NCBI GenBank assembly: GCA_013696745.1
Contig: JACCXZ010000133.1
Location: 1 to 60,016 of the forward strand
Direction: 5' to 3'
DNA from: Nocardioidaceae bacterium
GTDB taxonomy: Bacteria > Actinomycetota > Actinomycetes > Propionibacteriales > Nocardioidaceae
Length of the DNA stretch: 60,016 nt
In this document: in pieces, positions 1 to 12,834 of the stretch
Layout of the letters: each line of letters begins with the position of its first letter
How positions within the stretch are numbered: the first letter of the stretch is position 1
Notes under the pieces: model-generated
What the model saw: only the letters and a program-made list of their open reading frames with translations
Database searches by the model: none
Told to the model about the DNA's origin: nothing
Position numbers and translations under genes: made by a program

Positions 1-47
1 GGCCACCGGTGCGATGGCCGCCACGATCGCGAGGTCCTGACGGGGTG

Positions 48-1775
48 TCAGTCGTCCTCGAAGACCATCCGGAACGACACGGCGGTCAGGTCGTCGTCCT
101 GGGCGCTGCTGACTCCGATGGCCTTGAGCGACTGCAGCCGATCGACCTCGTCTGCGCCGCCGAACTCGTCGGCGGTCTCCTCGAGCCGATCGAAGTCGAG
201 GTAGAAGACGACCGCTGCCTCGGAGGCGTCCGGCACAGCGGTCTGGAACGTCTGCGAGTCACCCAGCGACCCACCCTCGGCGAGCTGGTCGGCGTAGGCG
301 TCGTTGCTGGCCAGCACCAGACCGTCGTCGGTCTCGGCCGTGCTCAGCTCGACCGGGACCCCCTGCTCACCGATCAGTGACTGGATCCGGTCGACCAAGT
401 CACCGATGGCGTCCGGGTCGGTGGTGAACCGCGCGCCGAAGCCGAGGTTCGAGATGTCGCTGGCATCCTGCAGATTGTCCGGGCTCAGACCCTCGGCGTC
501 CAGGGCGATCATGAGGTTGTCGCCGAGCAGAGTCACCAGGTCCTCGGGGACCGAGAAGCCGGTCTCGCTCTCGAACGCGTCGATCTGGGCCTGCGTCTGA
601 CCGCCGTTGCTGGAGTCGAGCGTCGTCAACAGGTCGTCCCAGTTCTCGTCCAGGGCGCGACCTCCGCCGGACACCGAAAGTGCGCTGAGCGTGGTGTCCG
701 GCAGCTCGGTGACCGGGTTGTCGCCGTCGGCCTCGAGGGTGAACGAGCCTCCCCGGACCATGGTCGCCAGCTCGATGTAGTCGCTGCCCGCCCGCAGGGC
801 ACCGAACGCGGAGTCGTACTCCTCGAGGACGCTGAGATCCTCGCCGGAGGACTCCATGGACGAGGCGACCTCCGGAGTCTCGAGCAGACCCTGGATGTCG
901 ACCCAGAAGGACATGACACCCTGCTCCTCGAGCGAATTCATGTCTTGCGTGAAGCCGTCGGTGTCACCCAGCGGGGAGTCGGTCGACATCTGTACGACGG
1001 CTTCGAGGTGGTCGGCCTCGGTGAGGAGCATGTACTCACCCACGAAGTCGACGCCGACGTCGGAGTCCTCCTCGGCCACGTCGATGTCCTCGGGCAGCGC
1101 TCCGGTGGTGCTGCACTCCTCCAGCGTCGACACGGCCTCCTCTGCGGGTCCCTCGTCACTCACCTGAACAGCGATGACCGGGATCACCGTGTCGTCGACC
1201 GGCACGGCGGAGATGCCCACCCGGTCCCCGATCCACGGCTCGATGTCCTGCTCGTAGTCGAGGTCGCAGTCGAGGTCGCTGAGCGCCTCCTCGAACGCCA
1301 GCTGGCGCAAGTCGTCGCGGTCGCTGGTGATTCCCGTCTCCTCCTCGAACTCCGGGAACCCGCGGAGCAGACGCACCACGTTGACCTTCTGCTCCGCCGA
1401 CGGGTCCAGGTCGAACTGGGCGTAGGCGAGCGCGCTGGCGGGCATGGAATCGGCCGGTCGGGCCCCACCGCCACCGAAGGTCTGGAAGGCGAGGACGGCG
1501 CCGGCTGCCACGACCGCGATGGCGGCGACCACGGCCACGATCACGACACCCCGCTTGCGCCCTCCACCCGAGGGTGGACCACCGGACTGGTCCGGCTGCT
1601 GCCAGCCATCGCCGGGCGGACCCTGCGGCGGGCCGGGCTGACCCGGCTGGGACTGCTGACCGTACGCACCGCCCTGCGGCGACTGAGTGCCGTGGGGGTC
1701 TTGCGGCTGTTGACCGTACGGGCCCTGCGGTGGCTGATCGCCGTACGGACCCTGCGGCGGCTGGTTGCTGGACAC
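48..1775 (-). CDS. Membrane-anchored protein with Pro/Gln/Gly-rich repetitive N-terminus (possibly DUF3352-like)
   Basis: 575-aa ORF. It has N-terminal PPQGPYG-type repeats, one hydrophobic segment (VVIVAVVAAIAVVAAGAVLAF) and a long acidic domain. Family name is from memory only. Confidence 0.7.
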   Translation of the reverse strand: MSSNQPPQGPYGDQPPQGPYGQQPQDPHGTQSPQGGAYGQQSQPGQPGPPQGPPGDGWQQPDQSGGPPSGGGRKRGVVIVAVVAAIAVVAAGAVLAFQTFGGGGARPADSMPASALAYAQFDLDPSAEQKVNVVRLLRGFPEFEEETGITSDRDDLRQLAFEEALSDLDCDLDYEQDIEPWIGDRVGISAVPVDDTVIPVIAVQVSDEGPAEEAVSTLEECSTTGALPEDIDVAEEDSDVGVDFVGEYMLLTEADHLEAVVQMSTDSPLGDTDGFTQDMNSLEEQGVMSFWVDIQGLLETPEVASSMESSGEDLSVLEEYDSAFGALRAGSDYIELATMVRGGSFTLEADGDNPVTELPDTTLSALSVSGGGRALDENWDDLLTTLDSSNGGQTQAQIDAFESETGFSVPEDLVTLLGDNLMIALDAEGLSPDNLQDASDISNLGFGARFTTDPDAIGDLVDRIQSLIGEQGVPVELSTAETDDGLVLASNDAYADQLAEGGSLGDSQTFQTAVPDASEAAVVFYLDFDRLEETADEFGGADEVDRLQSLKAIGVSSAQDDDLTAVSFRMVFEDD

Positions 1776-1901
1776 GATGATCTCTCCGATGTCGCGGCGT
1801 GATGACAGTCGCTTCGATGCCAGGTCGACCGGTACGGTTGCCTCGTCATCCCCCGATGTCGAAGCCCATGCTATCGGTCGGGCAGGGTCATCCGGGGCCG
1901 G

Positions 1902-2477
1902 TCAGGCGATCTGCTGCTGGCTGGTGGCGTCGGGCTCACCGCTGCCGAAGAAGGCCACCGCCAGCACGAACCCGACGAGTGCCGCCACAGGAGCACTGAG
2001 CAGCAGTCCCAGTGAGTCGAGCTGCAGGGCATTGGGCACCCGGTCTCCGACCGACGCCGTGGCCAGCTGGTCGGCCAGCTCGCCGGGACCCCACATCACA
2101 CCGAGACGCCACGCCAGGATGCCGGCGGCGATCCCCCCGAGCATGACGGCGACCGCCTGGACCCAGCCGTGCCGGTGCCACAGCGCTCCGGCGACGGCAC
2201 CGACCGGCAACGCCGGCAACGCCGAGGTCCAGGCGAACGTCACGTCCATCCCGAACTGGCGCGAGAGCTCGTCGCCGCCCGTGAACACCTGCGCCGCTCC
2301 GACCGACGCCATCGGCGGGTCGGCGAGCTGTGACCACAGCACGGCGCTCAAGACGCCACCGCACACGAGAGCCAGGACGGTCAGCGCCGCGGCGCGCACC
2401 AGGATCCCCCTCGCGGCCCGTTCGACGAGGACCGGGTGACTGGCGCGCTGTGCCTGCTGCCAGGAGCCGGTGTGCAC
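1902..2477 (-). CDS. Integral membrane protein (DUF2567-like)
   Basis: 191-aa ORF with several hydrophobic segments. The GTG start at 2477..2475 lies 8 nt downstream of a TAGGAT hexamer on the minus strand. Confidence 0.6.
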   Translation of the reverse strand: MHTGSWQQAQRASHPVLVERAARGILVRAAALTVLALVCGGVLSAVLWSQLADPPMASVGAAQVFTGGDELSRQFGMDVTFAWTSALPALPVGAVAGALWHRHGWVQAVAVMLGGIAAGILAWRLGVMWGPGELADQLATASVGDRVPNALQLDSLGLLLSAPVAALVGFVLAVAFFGSGEPDATSQQQIA

Positions 2478-2478
2478 G

Positions 2479-2493
2479 AGGTCAGATCCTACG
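2479..2493. repeat. 15-nt exact repeat AGGTCAGATCCTACG, copy 1 (downstream of dnaE, upstream of the 1902..2477 gene)
   Basis: Identical 15-mer to 6119..6133. Its minus-strand reading CGTAGGATCTGACCT contains a TAnnnT-type hexamer, TAGGAT. Confidence 0.8.
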
Positions 2494-2502
2494 GTCGGGG
2501 GT

Positions 2503-5500
2503 TCAGCGCGTCAGGCATGTCGGTCCCAGCAGGGCCTTGAGGTCAGCCATCAGGGAGGGACTCGGCGTCACCCGCAGCCGCTCATCGAGCCGGAGGACGC
2601 GCGTGCTCGAACTCGTGGTCAGGCACACGTGCACCTCGGCGACGCCGGGGTGGGTGCTCAGGACGTCCTTGAGCTGCTCGACCGTCGGCGCGGTGCAGCG
2701 GGTGGCCGGCAGGGTGATGACGATGGGTCCGCCCTCACCCTGGCTGAGGTCGGGCACGCTGATCTCGGTGGCGATGACGCTGGGCACGTCCTCACCTCGA
2801 CGGATCCTGCCCTTCACCACCACCACGGCGTCCTCGACCAGCAGCCGAGCGGCGAGCTGGTAGGCCGACGGGAAGACCATCACCTCAATGGCCCCCTCGA
2901 GGTCCTCCACGGACAGGATCGCGTACATGTCCCCCTTGCGGGTCATCTTGCGCTGCACCGAGGTGATCAGCCCGCTCAGCGTGACGTGCGTGTTGTCGCC
3001 GCACGACTCGTCGGCAAGCAGCACACCGATGGTGCAGTCCGACACCCCGGACAACACGTGCTCGAGGCCGAGCAGCGGGTGGTTGGAGACGTACAGGCCG
3101 AGCATCTCGCGCTCGAAGCCGAGCAGGGTCTGCTTGTCCCACTCCTCGATGTCGGGCACCTGGACCGTGAGTCCGCCGAAGGCGGTGCCCTCGGAGTCGT
3201 CGAGCCCGCCGAAGAGCGAGTCCTGGCCCATCGCCTCGTTGCGCTTGATGTCGGCGTGCTGGTCGACGGCGTCCTCGTGGACGGTGACCAGCGCGCGACG
3301 TCGGTGCCGCATTGAGTCGAAGGCACCGGACTTGATCAACGACTCGACCACCTTCTTCTGGCACACGATCGCCGGGACCTTGTCCATGAAGTCGGCGAAG
3401 TCGGAGAACTTGCCCTTCTGCTCGCGCACCGCGACGATCCCGGCGACGACGTTGGCACCGACGTTGCGGACGGCGTGCAGGCCGAAGCGGATGTCGTCAC
3501 CGACCGGGGTGAAATCGGCCTTGGACTCGTTGACGTCCGGGGGGAGCACGCTGATCTTCATCCGACGGCACTCGTTCAGGTAGATCGCCATCCGGTCCTT
3601 GCTGTCGCCCACGCTGGTCAACAACGCCGCCATGTACTCCGCGGGGTAGTTGGCCTTGAGGTAGGCCGTCCAGAAGGACACCACGCCGTACGCGGCCGAG
3701 TGCGCCTTGTTGAAGGCGTAGTCGGAGAACGGCAGCAGTATGTCCCACAGGGTCTGCACGGCGTGCAGGGAGTAACCGCGTTGGACCATGCCGGCCGAGA
3801 AGCTCGCGAACTGCTGGTCGAGCTCTGCCTTCTTCTTCTTGCCCATCGCACGACGCAGCAGGTCGGCCTGGCCCAGCGAGTAGCCGGCCAGCTGCTGCGC
3901 GATCGACATCACCTGCTCCTGGTAGACGATCAGGCCGTACGTCTCGCCCAGGATCTCCGCGAGCGGCTCCTCGAGCTCGGGATGGATCGGGGTGACCTCC
4001 TCGCGACCGTTCTTGCGGCGCGCGTACTTGTTGTGCGAGTCCGCACCCATCGGACCGGGGCGATACAGCGCCCCGACCGCGGAGATGTCCTCGAACGTGT
4101 CCGGCTGCATCGAACGCAGCAGCGCTCGCATCGGCCCGCCGTCGAGCTGGAAGACGCCGAGGGTCTCGCCTCGGGCCATCAGGGCGAACGTCTTGTCGTC
4201 CGCGAGCTCGAGCTCCTCCAGCACGATCCGCTCGTCGCGGTTGGCCAGGATGTGCTTCAACCCGTCGTCGAGGACCGTCAGGTTGCGCAGACCCAGGAAG
4301 TCCATCTTGATCAAGCCGAGCTGCTCACACGTGGGGTAGTCGAACTGCGTGATGACCGCCCCGTCCTGCTCCCGCTTCATGATCGGGATGACGTCGAGCA
4401 GCGGCTCGCTGGACATGATGACGCCAGCGGCGTGCACCCCCCACTGACGCTTCAGACCTTCCAGACCCTTCGCCGTGTCGACCACCCTGCGGACGTCGGC
4501 GTCGGACTCGTACAGGGTCCGGAACTCAGACCCCTCGTGGTAGCGACGATCGCTCGGGTCGAAGATCCTGGACAGCGGCACGTCCTTTCCCATCACCGCG
4601 GCGGGCATGGCCTTGGTGATCCGGTCACCCATCGCGAACGGGTAGCCGAGGACGCGGGAGGAGTCCTTGACCGCCTGCTTGGCCTTGATCGTGCCGTAGG
4701 TGACGACCTGGGCCACCCGGTCGTCGCCGTACTTGTCGGCGACATAACGGATGACCTCCCCGCGACGACGCTCGTCGAAGTCGATGTCGAAGTCGGGCAT
4801 CGACACCCGGTCGGGATTGAGGAACCGCTCGAAGAGCAGTCCGTGGACGAGCGGGTCGAGGTCGGTGATGCGCATGGCATAGGCGACGATCGAGCCGGCC
4901 CCGGAGCCGCGACCGGGCCCGACGCGGATGCCGTTGTCCTTGGCCCAGTTGATGAAGTCGGCGACGACGAGGAAGTAACCGGGAAACCCCATCGACAGGA
5001 TCACACCCGTCTCGAAGTCCGCGCGCGCACGCGCGTCGTCAGGGACTCCGTCCGGGTAGCGCGCCAGCAGGCCGCGGTCGACCTCCTTGAGCAACCACGT
5101 CTCCTCGCTCTCACCCGCAGGTACGGGGAAACGCGGCATGTAGTTGGCGCCCTCGTCGAACTCCACCTCACAGCGCTCAGCCACCAGCAGCGTGTTGTCG
5201 CACGCCTCGCGCAGGGAGTAGCGGTGCTCCCACAGCTCACGCATCTCCTGCGGGGACTTGAGATAGAAGTCGCGGGCGTCGAACTTGAACCGGTGGGGAT
5301 CAGCGAGCGTCTTGCCCGACTGCACGCACAGCAACGCCTCGTGCGCGTCGGCGTCGGCGGCATGGGTGTAGTGCAGGTCGTTGGTCGCGAGCATCGGCAG
5401 GTCGAGGTCCTTGCCCAGCTGCAGCAGGCCGTCGCGGACGCGGGACTCGATGGACAGCCCGTGGTCCATGAGCTCCAGGTAGTAGTTGTCCTTGCCGAAG

Positions 5501-6039
5501 ATGTCGCGGAACTCCGCGGCGCTGGCCCTCGCCTTGTCGTACTCACCGAGGCGCAGGTACGTCTGGATCTCCCCTGACGGGCAGGCGGTGGTGGCGATCA
5601 GGCCCTCGGCGTACTCGCTGAGCAGCTCGCGGTCGGCGCGGGCCTTGTAGAAGAAGCCCTCGAGGCTGCTGCGGCTGGAGAGCCGGAACAGGTTGTGCAT
5701 CCCCGTCGTGCTCTCCGCGAGCAGCGTCAGGTGCGTGAACGCGCCGCCGCCGGACACGTCGTCGCTGCCGCCCTCGCCCCAGCGCACGCGCTTGCGCTCG
5801 CTGCGGTGCGTGCCGGGCGTCAGGTAGGCCTCCATGCCGATGATCGGCTTGATCCCGTTGGTCCGGGCCTGGCGGTAGAAGTCGTGGGCACCGAACACGT
5901 TGCCGTGATCGGTCATCGCCAGCGCCGGCATGCCCAGTCGTGCCGTCTCCTCGAACAGCTCCCCGAGTCGCGCTGCACCGTCGAGCATGGAGTACTCGGT
6001 GTGCACGTGCAGGTGGACGAAGGAGTCGGTGCTCGACAT
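2503..6039 (-). CDS. dnaE: DNA polymerase III alpha subunit (replicative DnaE1)
   Basis: 1178-aa ORF. N-terminal PHP motif (FVHLHVHTEYSMLDGA), polymerase core motifs (GRGSGAGS, PDFDIDF) and an OB-fold/C-terminal region. Confidence 0.97.
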   Translation of the reverse strand: MSSTDSFVHLHVHTEYSMLDGAARLGELFEETARLGMPALAMTDHGNVFGAHDFYRQARTNGIKPIIGMEAYLTPGTHRSERKRVRWGEGGSDDVSGGGAFTHLTLLAESTTGMHNLFRLSSRSSLEGFFYKARADRELLSEYAEGLIATTACPSGEIQTYLRLGEYDKARASAAEFRDIFGKDNYYLELMDHGLSIESRVRDGLLQLGKDLDLPMLATNDLHYTHAADADAHEALLCVQSGKTLADPHRFKFDARDFYLKSPQEMRELWEHRYSLREACDNTLLVAERCEVEFDEGANYMPRFPVPAGESEETWLLKEVDRGLLARYPDGVPDDARARADFETGVILSMGFPGYFLVVADFINWAKDNGIRVGPGRGSGAGSIVAYAMRITDLDPLVHGLLFERFLNPDRVSMPDFDIDFDERRRGEVIRYVADKYGDDRVAQVVTYGTIKAKQAVKDSSRVLGYPFAMGDRITKAMPAAVMGKDVPLSRIFDPSDRRYHEGSEFRTLYESDADVRRVVDTAKGLEGLKRQWGVHAAGVIMSSEPLLDVIPIMKREQDGAVITQFDYPTCEQLGLIKMDFLGLRNLTVLDDGLKHILANRDERIVLEELELADDKTFALMARGETLGVFQLDGGPMRALLRSMQPDTFEDISAVGALYRPGPMGADSHNKYARRKNGREEVTPIHPELEEPLAEILGETYGLIVYQEQVMSIAQQLAGYSLGQADLLRRAMGKKKKAELDQQFASFSAGMVQRGYSLHAVQTLWDILLPFSDYAFNKAHSAAYGVVSFWTAYLKANYPAEYMAALLTSVGDSKDRMAIYLNECRRMKISVLPPDVNESKADFTPVGDDIRFGLHAVRNVGANVVAGIVAVREQKGKFSDFADFMDKVPAIVCQKKVVESLIKSGAFDSMRHRRRALVTVHEDAVDQHADIKRNEAMGQDSLFGGLDDSEGTAFGGLTVQVPDIEEWDKQTLLGFEREMLGLYVSNHPLLGLEHVLSGVSDCTIGVLLADESCGDNTHVTLSGLITSVQRKMTRKGDMYAILSVEDLEGAIEVMVFPSAYQLAARLLVEDAVVVVKGRIRRGEDVPSVIATEISVPDLSQGEGGPIVITLPATRCTAPTVEQLKDVLSTHPGVAEVHVCLTTSSSTRVLRLDERLRVTPSPSLMADLKALLGPTCLTR

Positions 6040-6118
6040 CGGCTGGGGACCTCCGGGCGTTTGGGAGGGACGGCGGGACAGGGCTGGAGGGAAGGCGGGG
6101 ATAGGGTTGGTGAAGAGA

Positions 6119-6133
6119 AGGTCAGATCCTACG
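6119..6133. repeat. 15-nt exact repeat AGGTCAGATCCTACG, copy 2 (80-94 nt upstream of the dnaE start)
   Basis: Identical to 2479..2493. The minus-strand TAGGAT at 6131..6126 is a plausible -10 for dnaE. Confidence 0.8.
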
Positions 6134-6147
6134 TGAGCAGCACCGTC

Positions 6148-6657
6148 TCAGGGCCGTCCGACACCGCGTCGGGAAGCCTCGTCGCCGTGGTGCTGACCAC
6201 CCCGCCAGACGTAGTGGCTGTCGGGGCTGCGCTCCTCGTTGCCAGACCCGTCCGTGCGCTCGACCTCGGTCAGTCCGTGGTGCTCGTAGAACGCTCGGGC
6301 AGGCGCGTTGGACAGGAAGACCCACAGGCCGAACCCGTCGGGTCGCAGCCCCTTCGCCAGGCCCAGCAGCGCACCGCCGATCCGCGCACCCGTCTGCTCT
6401 GGCAGGACGTACAGATGATCGAGCCACGCCGCGTCCAGTGCCAGCACACCGACGACCCGGCCGTCCAGCTCGGCCAGCCACACCTCGCGTGTCGGCACCA
6501 CCTCGTCCCGGAAGTAGCGGGACGCATCGCTGAGCGGGTGCGGTCCGGGAGGGATGCTCCCAGCCTCGACGGCGACGCGACGCGACGCTGCAAAGACGTC
6601 GGCGGCCGCCACGGCGTCGTCACTGCCGTCGACCGGGCGCAGCGACAGCACGTCCAC
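6148..6657 (-). CDS. GNAT-family N-acetyltransferase
   Basis: The C-terminal 170 aa of the 250-aa ORF look like a GNAT fold (VVGVLALD..LDHLYVLPEQTGARIGGALL..AFYEHHGL). I chose the GTG at 6657, preceded by GGAAGGG. The start is uncertain and alternatives run up to 6792. Confidence 0.7.
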   Translation of the reverse strand: MDVLSLRPVDGSDDAVAAADVFAASRRVAVEAGSIPPGPHPLSDASRYFRDEVVPTREVWLAELDGRVVGVLALDAAWLDHLYVLPEQTGARIGGALLGLAKGLRPDGFGLWVFLSNAPARAFYEHHGLTEVERTDGSGNEERSPDSHYVWRGGQHHGDEASRRGVGRP

Positions 6658-6936
6658 CGGTTGCCCTTCCTGCAATTCATCGCACGTTCTCACGTCCCAT
6701 CGACCACTGGAACCCGATTGCTGAGAGCGCCGGCGGTTGCCTCTCTGACCACCATGCACGGTGGGTCCGTCGGCCGTCACGGTCTCGTGCATGGAACTAG
6801 CGCATGCCCCTCCAGATCTCCACCCCGACTCACCTCGGCGACGCCCCCGACCGTCGTCGACTTGCGAGCAATGGTCGACCTCATCGCTAGCCGTTGACAT
6901 CTACTCGTCACTGGAGCCCACGTGACCGCCGGAAGG

Positions 6937-7301
6937 TCAACCGCCGGTGCAGATGACCGTGGCCACGCACCCAGAGCGGCGCGGCCGCCGGAAGCGCAGT
7001 AGAGGATGGCGCCGGCGGGTCGGATCGAATCCGTCCCGGTGGGACGGACTGTTCGGGTCGGCGTAGAACTCGAGCATCCCCCGCGGTGCGTGGATCGCGC
7101 CCTCGATCATGCCGTCCTTCTGGAGTTCGGCCGGCTCGCGCAGGTCGACCAGGACGGCTCTCTCGGCACCTTCCCGGGCAACCTGGTCTGGGGTGAGTCG
7201 AGCAGCACACCACCCTCGATGAGGAGGTCGGCCTCCGTGGGCACGATGGAGCTCGGATCCCAGGGTATCGGCCGCGACCGGCCGGCTCGGTCGTGCGCCA
7301 T
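6937..7301 (-). pseudogene. Rhodanese-like sulfurtransferase, apparently frameshifted
   Basis: One frame reads VLVDLREPAELQKDGMIEGAIHAPRGMLEFYADPNSPSHRDGFDP. The expected active-site loop GAILYCASGGRAALGA (Cys codon 6998..6996) is in a different frame. No in-frame start sits before the domain. Confidence 0.5.
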
Positions 7302-7361
7302 TCGCCGGTGCGGATGTCGCCGCTTCTATGCCGGTGTGGCGTTGACCCCGACGAATGAGCT

Positions 7362-8288
7362 CTACTGCAGCTCGCGGACGGCCTCGAGCGCGGCCGCGAG
7401 GTCGTCGGGATAGGTCGACGTGAACTCGACAGGCGAACGGCTGGTCGGGTGCTCGAAGCCCAGTCGCATCGCATGCAGCCACTGGCGGTTCAGACCCACG
7501 CGCTGCGCCAGCGTCGGGTCCGCGCCGTAGGTCCGGTCGCCCACGCAGGGGTGGTGCAGCGCGCTCATGTGTACCCGGATCTGGTGGGTGCGTCCGGTCT
7601 CGAGATGGATCTCCAGCAGCGTCGCGAACCGGTGCGCCTCGATCGTGTCGTAGTGGGTCACGGCCTCCCGGCCACCGGCCACGACGGCGAACTTGTAGTC
7701 GTGCCTGGGGTGGCGGGCGATGGGCGCATCAACGGTGCCGGAGAACGGATCGGGGTGGCCCTGCACCAGTGCGTGGTAGACCTTGTCGACCGTGCGCTCC
7801 TTGAACGCGCGCTTGAGGTGCGTGTACGCCCGCTCGGACTTGGCTACCACCATCAGCCCGCTGGTACCGGCGTCGAGGCGGTGCACGACGCCCTGGCGCT
7901 CGGCAACACCGGACGTGGAGACGCCGAACCCCGCACCGACGAGATGGCCCACGACGGTCGGCCCGCTCCAGCCGGGACTCGGGTGCGCCGCCACTCCGAC
8001 CGGCTTGTCGACCACTACGATGTCGTCGTCGTCGTGCACGATCCGCAGGTCGTCGACGACAGCGGGCGCGACCTGCGCAGACTGCTCGGGCTCGGGCAGC
8101 GTCACGTCCAGCCAGGATCCCGGGGTCAGCCGGTCGGACTTGGCGGGAGCCGCTCCGTCGACCAGCACCCCCCCGGAGGCCACCAGCTCGGCCGCCTTCG
8201 TACGGGACAGGCCCAGCAACCTGGACAGGGCGGCGTCGAGCCGCTCCCCGGCCAGTCCGTCGGGCACGGCGAGCGCACGGTGGGTCAC
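7362..8288 (-). CDS. rluD: RluA/RluD-family 23S rRNA pseudouridine synthase
   Basis: 308 aa with an N-terminal S4-like region and the catalytic [16 protein letters not shown] motif. The GTG start overlaps the lspA stop (GTGA). Confidence 0.9.
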   Translation of the reverse strand: MTHRALAVPDGLAGERLDAALSRLLGLSRTKAAELVASGGVLVDGAAPAKSDRLTPGSWLDVTLPEPEQSAQVAPAVVDDLRIVHDDDDIVVVDKPVGVAAHPSPGWSGPTVVGHLVGAGFGVSTSGVAERQGVVHRLDAGTSGLMVVAKSERAYTHLKRAFKERTVDKVYHALVQGHPDPFSGTVDAPIARHPRHDYKFAVVAGGREAVTHYDTIEAHRFATLLEIHLETGRTHQIRVHMSALHHPCVGDRTYGADPTLAQRVGLNRQWLHAMRLGFEHPTSRSPVEFTSTYPDDLAAALEAVRELQ

Positions 8289-8857
8289 TGCGACGTCCGC
8301 TCGTCGGCCGGTCGGGCGCGTTCGCGGGTGCCGTCCAGGGTCACTCCACGCAGGGACTGCACGACGACCAGGACCGCAGCTGCGCTGATCGCGACGTCGG
8401 CGATGTTGAAAACCGGCCAGTTGGGCAGCTCGAGGAAGTCGACGACGTGGCCCCGCATGAATCCTGGCTGCCGGAAGACCCGATCGACCAGGTTGCCGAG
8501 CGCACCGGCGAGCAGCAGTCCGAAAGCGACCGCCCAGGTGCGGTCACGCACCTTGTGGGCCATCGAGGCCACGGCAACGGCGATACCGGCCGCCACGATG
8601 CTCAGCACGGCGGTGTAGCCGGTGCCCATTCCGAAGGCAGCGCCGGGATTGCGAAGGAACGTCAGGTCGAGGACGCCGGGGATCACCGTGATCGACGGCT
8701 CGCCCTGCAGCGAAGCGACTGCCCAGAGCTTGCTGGCCAGGTCGCACCCCAGCACGACGACCGTGACTGCGGCCAACGTCAGCAGTCGTCGCGGTCGCTG
8801 CGGTGCGACCTCGGGTGCCGGGGGCGGGTTCAGCGACGTTCCTCGGCCTGCTTGCAT
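8285..8857 (-). CDS. lspA: Lipoprotein signal peptidase II
   Basis: Four hydrophobic segments and motifs NPGAAFG, GNLVDR and FNIADV. The start is trimmed to the ATG at 8857 and is uncertain. Confidence 0.88.
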   Translation of the reverse strand: MQAGRGTSLNPPPAPEVAPQRPRRLLTLAAVTVVVLGCDLASKLWAVASLQGEPSITVIPGVLDLTFLRNPGAAFGMGTGYTAVLSIVAAGIAVAVASMAHKVRDRTWAVAFGLLLAGALGNLVDRVFRQPGFMRGHVVDFLELPNWPVFNIADVAISAAAVLVVVQSLRGVTLDGTRERARPADERTSQ

Positions 8858-9267
8858 GTCATGCACAGTGTGGCACGCGGGAAGACCATGAGCCGCTGCT
8901 TCCCGACCGGGTTGCCGCAGGACTCGCACACGCCGTACGTGCCGTACTCGATGCGGGCCAGTGCGCGCTCGATCTGCAGCAGCATGTCGCGGGCGTTGCT
9001 GGCCAGGGACATCTCCGCGTCACGCTCCAGGGACGCCGAGCCGATGTCGGCCTGGTCACTGCCTGCTCGGTCCGCGTCGCGCAGCATGTCGGCGATCCCC
9101 TGTTCGGTGGCCAGGACATCGGCCGCCACCCGCGCCCGATCCGCCTCGAGCTGGTCATGCACCGCTGTCAGCTCCTCAGGGGTCCACGGGGACTCGTCCT
9201 CGCGTACCACGAGTTTCTCGGCCCGAGCCTTCTTCGTGGCCGGCTTGTCGGTGCCCGGTGCTGACAC
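8830..9267 (-). CDS. DksA/TraR-family C4 zinc-finger protein
   Basis: 145 aa with a coiled-coil region followed by [25 protein letters not shown]. Confidence 0.85.
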   Translation of the reverse strand: MSAPGTDKPATKKARAEKLVVREDESPWTPEELTAVHDQLEADRARVAADVLATEQGIADMLRDADRAGSDQADIGSASLERDAEMSLASNARDMLLQIERALARIEYGTYGVCESCGNPVGKQRLMVFPRATLCMTCKQAEERR

Positions 9268-9426
9268 GCGTCACCCCCTCATGGCGGTACGACGCCGTCC
9301 CGTGCGTCGACCCAGTGGCGAGAAGCGTAGGAACGAACCCCGCCCGCGGCAAGCGCGAATCTGTGCGCAGGTTCCAGTCGGGGTGAGCTCAGGTGCTGTG
9401 CACCGGTGGCTTCTCCTAGACTGGGC

Positions 9427-9649
9427 GCAGCCGCACAGCGTTGACGGGGCAATCACCCCCGAGCCGCTGGCAGAACGCCGAGGTGCGCCTCGGTCACTAG
9501 ACCCAGCAGCGGCAGGCCACGAGAGGGCCGGACCCCCGTCGCCAACGGGGCCGGCCAAGGAGGGTGGTACCGCGGTCGGCGTCCCTCGCCGCTCGTCCCT
9601 TCACCAGAGCACCGGTGGCCACCCGCCGGGCGTTGATGCAAGGACGACG
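9427..9649 (+). promoter_or_regulatory. T-box leader of ileS (probably translational, SD-sequestering type)
   Basis: T-box core AGGGUGGUACCGCG is at 9561..9575, with a UGGU bulge at 9565..9568. Candidate Ile specifier AUC followed by A is at 9452..9455. A long GC hairpin spans 9526..9556. CGUCCCUU (9594..9601) is complementary to the SD AAGGACG (9640..9646). A possible -10, TAGACT, is at 9415..9420. Confidence 0.8.
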
Positions 9650-12823
<3,174 letters not shown>

Positions 12824-12834
12824 GCTGATTCAGA

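Noticed and set aside
3475-5577. 700-aa plus-strand ORF
   Set aside because: It is fully antisense to dnaE. The translation is Arg/Gly/Val/Asp-rich low-information sequence typical of shadow ORFs in high-GC DNA, while the minus-strand frame carries clear DnaE motifs.
7006-7413. 135-aa plus-strand ORF
   Set aside because: It lies opposite the rhodanese remnant and the 3' end of rluD and has no motif support.
9249-9271. Plus-strand TTGTCGGTG matching the RecA-NDp upstream half
   Set aside because: It lies inside, and antisense to, the DksA/TraR coding region. The hexamer 8 nt downstream is TGACAC, not TAnnnT.
8447-9649. N-terminal 401 codons of the 1458-aa ileS ORF
   Set aside because: This stretch runs antisense through lspA and the DksA/TraR gene and across the T-box leader. 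IleS homology begins at the ATG at 9650.
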